A stretch of DNA of 64,000 nt from assembly GCA_965645245.1 (NCBI GenBank), contig OZ287073.1, positions 682,001 to 746,000 on the forward strand, in the 5' to 3' direction. The translations under genes and the position numbers were made by a program. Source of the DNA: Massalongia carnosa (Eukaryota). Positions 53,287 to 64,000 of this stretch are shown here, piece by piece; position 1 is the first letter of the stretch; each line of letters starts with the position of its first letter. The notes beneath the pieces were generated by a model. The model worked only from the letters and a program-made list of their open reading frames with translations. It made no database searches and was not told the DNA's origin.

Positions 53287-55859
53287 GAATTGTATTAATT
53301 GGACAAACCAATAAGTATGCATCTTCTCTCCCTTATTCATTTCTTCGGAACTTTGTATTCATTATGTACTATTAGCGCTATTAAAACCCTTTTTGAGGTA
53401 CTGACTATATGCATGTTTTAATCGAACACCGATGCGTTGGATCATTCATGAAAATTGAACTCGTCAACTGCCGAACAGACTAAGTTACCAGGGATGAACT
53501 TGCAGGTCAGGATACAAACCATCCACTATATACAAGCCTAAAGCCTATTTAGCATTCCATAATTCTGAACTCCATCCGTGGCATGTAAAAATCTGCTGCA
53601 TGCCGTTTGCTGGAAAATAATAGTTTATGGGTTGGAATCTCATTATCTCTTGAAGTATTAGTGACTGATTTTCTTGTTTCTTCAATCCGTGCTGTGCGGG
53701 TTTTTTTGGGTCAATCTTTTAACCTATAGATCTTTCAAACTCATCGGAGGGTCGGGTATTGGATTATTATGATCACCGTGTCGATTTTTTTTAAAAGCTT
53801 TTAAATAAATTGGCTGGCCTTCGAACAACTCAACTAACGCTGTGGCTGCAATGAAATTAAATAAAATTGCAAATTCTAGGATACCACTACAATATCATTA
53901 ACGTATCTTATCACCGGATGAACTTTATCACCGGATGAACACACCCACCAAAATTAACCCACAATATTCCAATTGGTCTAAAATGGTCAACGAAGCAGCT
54001 ATTCAGGAAGCGATTATTGATTTAAAATCCCAGAAAGCTCCTAATTTTGCTGCTATTGCTAAAAAGCATAGCGTACCTCGTTTGACCTTAACGCGTCGCT
54101 TCAAAGGCGAAACCGTCTCGAGCGCCGAAGCTCACTCTATACATCATAAGCTACTGACCAATGCTCAAGAATCGGTCCTCATTGAGCATATTTGAGAGCT
54201 TTCGGACCGGGGTATTAATCCCACTACTCAAATACTCGAAAATCTGGTTGTGGAGTCCGTGAGAAAGCACATCGGGAAGTGCTGGGTCTATCGATTTCTA
54301 GAGCGCTACGAAAATGAGCTTACAAGCGTATTACTACACAATATTGACTATTCTAGGCATATTGCGGATAATTCTAAGTATTTTGAACATTACTTTGCAG
54401 TCTTACTAGCCCATTTCCCCTCATTTCCCTATAACCTATGCTTATGCCGCTGAACTGACCCTAGACCCCCTAGCTCCAGGAGAAGATCGAAAAATACCAC
54501 ATCAAGCCCTTGAACATATACAACTTCGATGAAAAAGGCTTCCTAATGGGTATATGTCGTACTATGAAGCGTATCGTATCGATTGATTACCTTCGAAGCA
54601 AAAAGACGCTCGGTTCGAGTCAGGACGGATCTCGCGAGTTCATCTCCCTTTTGGCTACGATTTGCGCCGACGGTAGCGCTCTAACACTAGCTTTGATCTA
54701 TTAGGGGGATTCGTACGATCTACAAGATACCTGGCTCGAAGATTATGACTGCTTATCAGATGAAGCTTACTTTGCTGTATCCAAAAAGGGCCGGACCAAT
54801 GAAGAACTGGGGCTTTCCTGGCTTTCAAAGCTTTTCGAACCGATTACGCGCAAAAAGGCAGGTAACGCTAGGCGCCTATTGATTATGGATGGTCATTCGA
54901 GCCATGTAAACATGAAGTTTATCGAGTTATGCGATAATCATGTGATTATTCTAGCTATTTTGCCCCCGCATTCTACACATCGGTTACAGCCCCTGGATGT
55001 TGGAATCTTCTCACCGCTCTCTACCGCCTATTCGAACCAAATTGACCATTTGATCCAGTCGAGCCAGGGCTTCTCTCGAGTTACTAAGCGTAGCTTTTGG
55101 TCTATGTTCCGTACGGCATGGAAAACAGCCCTAAGCTTTGAAAATATACGCTCAGCTTTCGCTGCCACTGCGGTTTACCCACTATGCCCCGAAAAGGTTA
55201 TAAACCAGCTCAAAAGGAAGACTCCATCACCAATTCAAAGCGATTGCGAATCTAAGAAAAAGACTCCGGGCTCCGTACGAGGTGTACGAAGAGCAGTCAA
55301 AGCGACTCGATCCGAAACGACCGACATAGCTGCAGGACTGGATTTGGTGATTCGAGCAAGCGAGAAACTAGCAATTAAAAATGATATACTAGAACACGAG
55401 ATTGTTGGGCTTCGTACAGCACTAGTAGACGAAAAAAAAACGCCGGAGAAGGGGGAAACCGATGGGTCTATTTGTCAAAGATGAGCCCGGGCAGGCTATG
55501 TTCTTTTGTCTGGCTAAAATTGCTGCGGTTCGAACCCGTCAAGAGGAGCTCGAGGCTCAGAAAGAACAGGAGAAGCTTGAAAAGGAAGTAGAGCGTCAAA
55601 ATCGGCCTGCTGAGAGGGAGCGCAAAGCTCAGGAAGCTCAGGAACGGCGCCAAACTAGGCAGAAGACTCGGGGTGAAAAGCCGAGATGCTTAGGGACAGT
55701 CCCCCCCCGACCGTCCCCCCCCCCCCCCCCCCTGTGTAAATCTTTACTAGTAAGCAGCCATTTTACTACTCATCCAGGGTGCGTACAAGCTAGCAGTTAC
55801 ACTACGTATTAATAATGTTGCTATTACTGACTAAGTGTATTCAACACCTACAAATCTAC

Positions 55860-57300
55860 CTATTGCGATGACTTCAACTCCAAAAACTCGTCAGCCAGTT
55901 GCGATACATCATCTTTTCTAGGCTTCATGGTTTTGGCCACCTTTCTCACTTGAGCCCTAGCCTGTTTGACTGATTTCTCGACTCTTTGCTGAGATTCCAA
56001 CTCCAACTGAGCCTTTGATTTCTTCGCCACACCCCGAGACCTTCGCTTTGTTGCAGAGGAAGTAGGGAGAATTTGACTGGCGCGCACGTTTTGGCTAAGA
56101 CTATAAAGAGATGGAGCCGGCGCTGCCTGAGGTAGGGCTTTTTGACTATGCTTGGCAAGCACATCGTCAATATCTTCGAGCGAATCCGACGAGGCTTCTG
56201 ATGTAAGAATAATATCATTTTCGTCATCCGAAGGAAACATAGGATCCACAGAGCGACCGAGAATGGGCTGAGTGCTTATATACTGCACCTCGTCATCGTC
56301 GTCGGAGACGATAGACGCGTTTTCAATTCTCTCCATAACTAATTTTTCTCCTAAACCTATTGTACCCAATATTAGCCGACCCGAGCGCAATAACTTTGCA
56401 ACATCGTGAATTTTACAATCTGTTTCACCTTCTGTTTCACCTTCAACCTCATCGTCGCCCCCAGCACGCAATCTATTATATCTAAGCCTCCTCCTTTGTT
56501 CAATAGAGTCCCTTCGCCTAGTACGTCGCTGTTCAGTTTCTCTAGCCTCAGCTGCCGCGCGACCAGTGTAGGCATGTCGACGACTCCCTCCTTTCTTATA
56601 CATGAGGTTTTCTTTGGGCCGAATTTCGTCGGGGAATGTGGTGGGGATGAGAGGTCTTACCAGCTCCTTCTTTTGCCATTTCTTATTGAACTTTTCAACG
56701 ATGTGAGCATGCTCGCGAGCGTACTCCTCCCTTCGATGAGAATCTTCTATTGATTGATGCAGGTCAATAGATTGATATGCCACAGAACGTAGCAAATCAA
56801 GGCCCCCGCGGCGAAATCTATCCTCACTCAACATGCCTTCTTCGAGCTCGACCTCATCCTTATCCGCCTCAATCTCTCCCGTTCCTTCGACCTCATCGAC
56901 GATCTTTTCGACCTCGGGCTCCGAGCCGCGAGCGAAATCGAAGGTCATTTGCCAAGAGACTACATAAGGTGGGCCATCAAAAACCAGCGGGGGTGGATGA
57001 GGGAAACGGGAATAGGGACCGAGTCGATGATGCAGTTATACAACCAGCATTTGCATGGGAGACCGTACCTTAAAGGCAATTCACAATCATAAACACAGCT
57101 TCCACCATCAGGGACAATAGAAAGGATTCGTTCAGCTAATGATTTGGCGGCATCGAGTTCTCTTGAAACGAGGCCAATGGCATGATGCGTAATTTTCCCA
57201 ATGAGTAGCGTAAAAGCATTTCTATCGATCAATCTAGGGTTGCGTATTCACTGTTGATTGCACAAAATCTCCTGATCTAACTTTTTTTCCGCACCTCATC
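55860..57300 (-). pseudogene. C-terminal half of a MULE transposase
   Basis: SWIM-like C-x3-C...YGLPCKC and IHPRW motifs followed by an acidic/basic tail; no DDE core visible; frameshift near 56960. Confidence 0.65.
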
Positions 57301-57466
57301 ACATATTTTCTTCACCGATTGTCTTATAGGCAAGGGCAAATGGTAAGTGAGGGTGAGGGTGAGGGTATGCTTTATCAGACCGAGTAGGGTAATTATTAGT
57401 AGCAATAACACGTCATACGATTTAAACCGAAAAGAGTTTAATGTGCTGTTGGCAGTTGCATTACTA

Positions 57467-58751
57467 CACCTTTTCCGGGGGGTTATTTGTTAGTGGTGTA
57501 CATGCAGGGGTAAAAATCCGCTAACCTTTTGAGGTTTACTTCTTAGGCATCTCATCCCAAAAAGAAAATTCATTTCGATCATTCAGAATGGAAGCAACAG
57601 TGCCCCCCCCCTCAACGCCCAAAAAGCAGTCTGATTTAACGCGAGACCAGCGTATTCAGGTCACCACATTAAGAGAAATTGGATGGTCATACGAGCAAAT
57701 TGCTAAACATTTGGGCATTACCATTCGTCAAGTCCAATACTCCTGCACCGCCGGTCGCCCTACTCCGCAGAAAAAAAATTGCGGCCCGCGCAGCATTATT
57801 AGTGACGATGCTCGTCAAATGTTAATCAATTTCGTATGCGCTTCTGCAGAAAACAGGCGACTTTCTTACGCTCAACTAGCTTGGAAGCTTGGTTGGAATG
57901 TCTCTGAAGATGTTATACGAAAAGCATTGAAAAAAGAAGGATTTTCGAGACGCATTGCTCGTAGCAAACCTCCGATTTCCGAAGTAAATCGCCTGCGACG
58001 ATTGGAATGGTCATTGGAGCATTTAAACTGGACGAAAGAGCAATGGAATTTTATACTGTGGAGCGACGAGACTTGGGTCAACGGCACGCGTCATCAACGC
58101 GTATGGGTAACCAGACGAGCTCATGAAGAGTTGGACCCTACCTGTATTGTTCCTCGTTTGAGACGACAAGGCGGATGGATGTTTTGAGGCTGCTTTGCGG
58201 GCATACAAAAAGGGCCATGTCTCTTTTGGGAGAAGGATTTGGGGACTATCAATAAGGAATCATACTGCGAGCGTATAGTGCCTCTTGTACATGGTTGGAT
58301 ACGTATGCATCCGGAGCTACAATTCATGCAAGACAACGCGCCTGGCCATGCAGCAAATTTTACTATTCAGGAACTTCAAGAACGCGATATTTCGACTATT
58401 CTATGGCCCCCATTCTCGCCTGACTTGAACCCTATAGAAACTGTATGGGAAATCATGAAAAATTGGATTCAGATGCACTATGGAAATGAAGACAAACTGT
58501 CCTACGATCAACTACGTCAGGCAGTGAGGGAGGCATGGGATGCGGTCGGTGCTGATCAGTTAAATGAGCTGATCGAGTCCATGATGGAGCGATGTCAGGC
58601 AGTTATTGATGCCGAAGGAAAGCATACCAAATTTTAAAGAAGTTTGATTGGTCAACTTTATTGCGCCCGATCTAAAATAATCCCTGTCTTCCCCCCTGTC
58701 TCCCCCCCCCTGCTTTGTACCTCCCTAACAAATAACCCCCCGGCGTAGGTG
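57467..58751 (+). mobile_element. Tc1/mariner DNA transposon inside the MULE
   Basis: TA at 57465-57466 and 58752-58753; TIR cacct...ccggggggttatttgttag at both ends. Confidence 0.92.
57588..58637 (+). pseudogene. Tc1 transposase with one stop (TGA 58185-58187 in MF[W]GC)
   Basis: WSDE, MQDNA, WPPFSPDLNPIE; both halves in the same frame. Confidence 0.9.
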
Positions 58752-60281
58752 TAGCTTGTACGCACCCTGGATAAGCAGTGAAATGGCTGTTTACTAGCAA
58801 AGATTTACCACAGGGGGGGGGGGAGGACGGTCGGGGGGGGACTGTCCCTAAGCACCTCGGTGAAAAGCTGGAGCAGAAGCAGCGCGAAAAAGAAGCTCGT
58901 ACGAAGTAGAAGGAGCTTAATAAGCAGCATAGGCTTGAAGAGCAGTCAGAAAAGGATCAAAAGAAACAAGCTACTATAGCTAGAAAGCGAAAACTGGAGG
59001 ATCCACCTCCTATAGAGCCGAAACTGCCCGAAACGAGAGTAGCTCGTAGCGGGCGCACTGTAGTGATTCCTTCTAAGTTTAAGGAGTAGAAAATAGCTGT
59101 ATCGTGTTCGTACAATGATATTTACCCTTTCATATGATTTTTATAGCTTTATATTCATTGTTCATTGAGATATTCTAGTTTTATGTCGTAATTACCATTT
59201 CTGGAGGTGTGTTCATCCGGTGATAAAGTTCATCCGGTGATAAAATACGTTACATAATCTTCAACGTATCTTAAAATGCTGGGCTGCGTTTTTTCTCCTA
59301 TTCCCTGCATGAAAACTATTTCAACAAGTGTTACAAATAGCTTTCTCAGGTTGCCACTCCCAGTGTATACAAATCGGAAATCGGAAAGCTTAACAGCGCG
59401 GAGAATGACCTCGAAAAATTGCAGCTTGGGAGAAAGCCTCGGGCGCCGTTTTGTGTTTTAGGGTCGCGATTAATGATATAACCCCGCCGTTTGGCTTGGA
59501 GGACGCTCTCGGTGATCCGGCTGGAGCGCTTCCATTTAGGCATCTGATTTCTTCACAAATCTTAAGCATGAAGAGGCTCCATTCTCCGCAGAAAAATTCT
59601 CGCAATAATTTGATAGACAATTTAAACAAGAATCATTCGGTTGAAACAGTGGAATGAATGCGTTTTTCCTTGGGTGGCTTCCAAGATAATATCACAAAAG
59701 CAATTACACCAAGAGTACCGTTAAAGGTATATGAAAGACTTGATAATAAGCAAGCCTCAAGTGCTCACTTGAGTGTCCTTGGGATGGGCCTTGATTAGTA
59801 CAAACACCAGCATGATAGGGACGTGGATATCCATCACCTAGTGTTCCGAGCTGTATACTTACAGGCCAGGCCGCGGTTGAGGGCCCAACAGAGCAATAGA
59901 TCACATAGATTTTGACGCCTCCAGCAAACTCATCACTATCAAAAGCAAGGCGAGCCTTCGTACGGCTTTACTGATTAACATGAAGGGGGCATAGTCACGG
60001 AATATGACCTATCTAGAATTTGAGCTAATTTTAGTGCTTTACTATCAAACCTCAAAATTCTACATATGAGGTCTTCCGATGGCTTCTGATGGCGGTAGAT
60101 GAAATAACAGATTAGGGCACGGTACTCGGTCACAGCCCTATTTCTAGAGAATCTGGGTATGGTAGGTTATCACAGCTTGTTTCTAACCCACATACCTCAC
60201 TTTTACTTTCTAAAAACTCGCCAAAGCGTGAGAAGCGTATTAGGTAAAAGTGCCTTACAGCAATCTTCGCTAGAGTAAGAT

Positions 60282-63200
60282 ATGGTGCTAAGTCATCCAT
60301 CCAAACGTCGCAAAAAGGCTTCAGATTTTACCTCGTCAACAAGTGGCAGCAAAGCCTCTTTTTCATCAGCTTCGGCACATTCATCACCAGCATCTATCAC
60401 ACGGCCTTTGGGTTATTTTCAGCGCTCGCCCAGTGAGGATTCTAACTTACATTCACCATCAAAGCCAGGTAGCTCGGTTGCTACATTCGCCCGTGGCAAC
60501 TCCATCGTTTCATCCTCTCGTGCGACATCTTATGGGGCTTCTGCAAGCATTGCAGTTGTCCAAAATGCCGCTGACATCCAGGATCGCGAGGAAAATGACT
60601 CCCTTGACGAGGTCATCATGGCGGTAGACCTTCGTGATAGAGGAACTGTAGGATGTTGCTACTATGTCGCGCGGGAGGAGAAGCTATACTTGATGGAGGA
60701 TGTTAAACATGGGGGATTAGAGGTGGTCGATTCTTGTATTTTCTCTTCCCAAATTCACAGCTGGCTGCGATACTTAATGGATCAACGAATTATAGTGAAA
60801 CTGCACATCCTTCCCACCATTATTCTTTTGTCTAGCCGAATTGATGAAAGCGTTGAGACCCATCTGGATACCGAGGGGAATTTTCACCAATCAGCAAATG
60901 AGGATAGTATGTAGATTCAAACCCCTGTGGCCATCAGCTAACAAAACAGCAAATGCAATTCGCCTACCTTATGTACTTGAGACTCGCCCTTCGCCGGAAT
61001 TTAAGTATGAAGCTGGTAAAAAAAAACTTATCAATCTCCAGCTTAACACCGACAATGAAGCTCAGGTTGCCTTCCTCACACCCGCAGAGGCAATGATTTC
61101 AGATGAGCATGTTGACTTCGACGAGCCAGGTTATACAAACCGCCGAGGAAATATTTTAAAGTTTTCTGCCAAATTTGACATTGATAGCTGTCTTACTATT
61201 GGTTGTGCCGGAGCCGTTATCAGCTACTTGCAGCGAAGGAGAGCGGTGGATTTCTTACCAGGCGATGTCGATGCGAATGTGTCCTTTCGGATTTTGGGTA
61301 TTGCGGCGTTTAGTCTGAAGGATTTTATGTGAGTCAATGAAGGGCGATGCTGTAATAAAACGGGCTGATAATAAATGGTTTAGGTATATGAACGCCGATA
61401 CTCTTGCTTCATTACAGATCCTGCAGTCCGAAATTCATCCTCAAGCACATAACCAAGGCCCGACGAATGCGCATTCAGGATTAAAAGAAGGACTCTCGGT
61501 ATATGGCCTGTTTCAGCACTTGGCTCGCACTCCTCAGGGAAAATACCTTTTGAGGCAGTATTTCCTACGTCCAAGTTTGAACTTGGATATTATAAATGAA
61601 AGGCTTGACACTGTGGGTGTTTTTGTTCAACCAGATAATGATGGTCCGATGAAAAATATGGTTAAGAGTTTGGGACAAATAAAAAACATGAAGACTGTTG
61701 TTATCCACCTTAGAAAAGGAGTCAGTGGTGGACTCAATAAGGGAGGTGGGATCAAAAGCGGTATCTGGACAAGTCTTCGATCTGTGAGCGAGAGCAGGTT
61801 CTAAAGACTTAAGTTGCCCTCTAATCGCCTTAGTAGTTTGCATTTCATACATTACATATACGTGACACCTTTAGTGAGGTTATCGGGGCTGAGAACCTAG
61901 CGATCAGAATGAAAGTGAAGGATCTTTCCCTACTTATTTAAGCAACCACTTATCTTTATGGCAGATCTACGAGAACTTTGATGCCTGGCAGCTAGCTCGT
62001 ATTGGGACACTTATTAGTCAGATAGTGCGTTTTCAACTTTCGTTATCCCCTGTGAAGGGAAGGAAATTTTAACGAGAAAGCGCAGGTTGACTTTTCAGGT
62101 TCAGCTGAAATGCATCGAACCGTTGTCAACAGGGGTATTGATGATGATTTAGATGCCATGAAGCAAACGTATGATGGCATTGAGGATTTACTGAACCAAA
62201 CATCGAAGAACATTGCTGCCACGATACCGCCACAGCACAGTCTCGATTTGAATGTGATATTCTTCCCTCAAATAGGATTTCTGATTTCGATACCTTTTGA
62301 TGCGAACACCCGCAGAGGCAATTATGAAGGGCCTGACACCGAGGGAGATCGATGGGATTGTATATTCTCAACGGGGTCGCGAGTATATTACAAAGATTTC
62401 CGTATGAGAGACCTTGATGATACTATTGGAGATATGTATGCTATTATCTGTGGTAAGTTCAAAAACCGACCTCCTGCTACCTTGAAATGAGTGTTTACCA
62501 AAGAACATCAGACATGGAGATTGAAATCATTTATGAGTTGGGCCAGGAGGTCCTGAAGCATGAGAAACTGCTGAGCTCTGTATCAGACATATGCGGAGAG
62601 CTGGATAGGTATCACATCGAGATTTCACTAAACAGACGTTTGTTAACCTGCACTTAGCCTTCTCGCTCTGGCTCAGGGAGCGAAGATGTACAAATACTCA
62701 AGACCGCGACTTACAACAAAAAACCTTTTACAAATTCAAGGGGGTCGGTAAGTCAAAGCCGATCCCTTTTTTCAAACGCAGTTTCTGAAGCCAAGAAAGC
62801 CATCCGTTACAAGAATTAACCGTTTCTTCGTATGTTGCCAATAACGCTTTCCTAGTTGGGGGCGCTGGTAGCGATACATGCATTCAGGACAACGGCATGC
62901 CTGCCTTTCACTCCTCTCAAAAGCCACCACAGGATGGAAAAATCGAAGCGCCAAGTATGTTGATGATGACGGGACCAAACTATTCTGGGAAAAGCGTTTT
63001 CCTCAAACAAATTGCGCTCATTGTATACTTAGCCCATATTGGATGTTTTGTTCCTGCTAACAGCGCAACCATTGGCGTCACCGACAAGATTTTAACACGA
63101 ATTGCAACAAGGGAAACAGTTTCCAAAGGCCAGAGCGCATTTGCGATTGACCTACAACAAATTGCACTTGCAATGAATCTTGCTAGCCATCGAAGCTTGG

Positions 63201-63969
63201 TTATCATTGATGAATTTGGCAAAGGAACCGAGTCAAGCGGTATGCTTCGCATCAGCTTGAGCTATAACATTACTGATTAAAAATATAGATGGTGCAGGGC
63301 TCGCTTGTGGAATCTTTCAGCATTTTCTCGGGTTGGGGGTAATGAGGCCACGAGTGCTGGCAGCAACACATTTTCATGAAATTTTCGAGAACGGCTTTCT
63401 TGCGCCACAGCCTTTCTTGACATTCGGACATATGGAAATACGCGTTGATCCGGAGATAGAAGAAGCCGAACATCAGATCACCTACCTTTACAAGTAGAGA
63501 ACTTCATCCATACTTGGTGATTAATACTAAGACTTTGCCCAGCTTCCGACCTGGCCGCAGTACCTCTAGCTTTGGAAATAGGTATCAATTCCTAGTTAAA
63601 ACGCTCTTATGTGCGCTTACATTCGTTGGTAGTTGCGCCGCCATGAATGGTGTGGATTCGGCTGTCGTCGCGAGAGCAGAAGAGCTAGTAATCCTGAACG
63701 CAAAAGGAGAAGACTTGGTGGCGGCATGCACAGAAGTATCGGTTGGCGAAGTCGCTGATTTCTTACAGGCTGTGTGTCTTTTTGCAGAGAATTTCATGAG
63801 ATAATCAATTCTAACAGGAAAACAGGAAGACATTGCAAAAGACTTTCTTCTAGAAGATCTTGACGAGAACCAAACTGACACCGCAGCCGTCAAGGCATTA
63901 ACCGATCCCCGGAAAATTATAGAAAGACTTATCGGGGCAGAAAGTTTAATTCGAGACATAGAAGCCTGA
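60282..63969 (+). CDS. MSH5: Meiotic MutS homolog 5, multi-intron
   Basis: RGTVGCCYY, TLASLQI, FFPQIGFLI, HPLQEL, TGPNYSGKSVFLKQ, SAFAIDLQQ, IDEFGKGT, ATHFHE; no mismatch-binding domain; exon borders only partly resolved. Confidence 0.9.
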
Positions 63970-64000
63970 ATAGTGTATTCTCGGTCAAATCGGCATACAA

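Larger units (their letters stand above)
55682..58859 (-). mobile_element. Mutator-like element (MULE), internally deleted
   Basis: About 110-bp TIRs with long C/G runs; 9-bp TSD gtgaaaagc 55673-55681 / 58860-58868. Confidence 0.85.
53983..59089 (+). pseudogene. pogo/Fot1 transposase with stops, a frameshift and a Mutator insertion
   Basis: HTH, YNFDEKGF, MDGHSSH, LPPHSTHRLQPLDVG; stops at 54193 and 54702; C-terminus resumes after 58868. Confidence 0.88.
53901..59250 (+). mobile_element. Fot1/pogo-type DNA transposon with nested Mutator and Tc1
   Basis: About 45-bp TIR acgtatcttatcaccggatgaactttatcaccggatgaacacacc with internal direct repeat; TA at 53899-53900 and 59251-59252. Confidence 0.93.

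Noticed and set aside
57347..57366. (gtgagg)n resembling a telomeric repeat
   Set aside because: Only about three units, not TTAGGG, and internal to a transposon.
2493..58187. Alternative genetic code suggested by in-frame TGA in TE ORFs (2493, ~3223, 58185)
   Set aside because: Host genes end in TGA and use TGG for Trp, so these are nonsense mutations.
59276..59904. Short ORFs between the pogo element and MSH5, and antisense ORFs over NOP4, HSP78 and pol genes
   Set aside because: No recognisable motifs; consistent with chance or shadow ORFs.

Overview
Eukaryotic window from a filamentous ascomycete, judged from spliceosomal introns with CTAAC-type branch points and fungal TE families. Positions 1 to ~38.5 kb are a deeply nested transposon cluster. 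It holds four chromodomain Ty3/Gypsy elements (two with intact gag-pol), several solo LTRs, a non-coding TRIM-like LTR element, a 5'-truncated LINE, a Tc1 element, a Fot1/pogo element and two 8-bp-TSD MITEs. It also holds a 6-kb TIR element with a 9-10 bp TSD that encodes a transposase-like protein and a convergent RecQ-like helicase (AcademH-type). Almost every insertion has readable TSDs, so the insertion order can be rebuilt: one ~170-bp solo LTR has grown to 22.5 kb. All four LTR elements with a visible PBS, including the non-coding one, show PBS/LTR self-complementarity (Tf1-type self-priming), with covarying bases between two related elements. From 38.6 kb the window is gene-rich: a MAPR/cytochrome b5-like heme-steroid binding gene, a small Cys/His protein, NOP4, a bZIP factor, EF-1beta (intron hosts a U18/snR18 C/D snoRNA), HSP78 and MSH5. 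A pogo > Mutator > Tc1 stack lies between HSP78 and MSH5. All alignments and coordinates were read by eye; no database searches were run.
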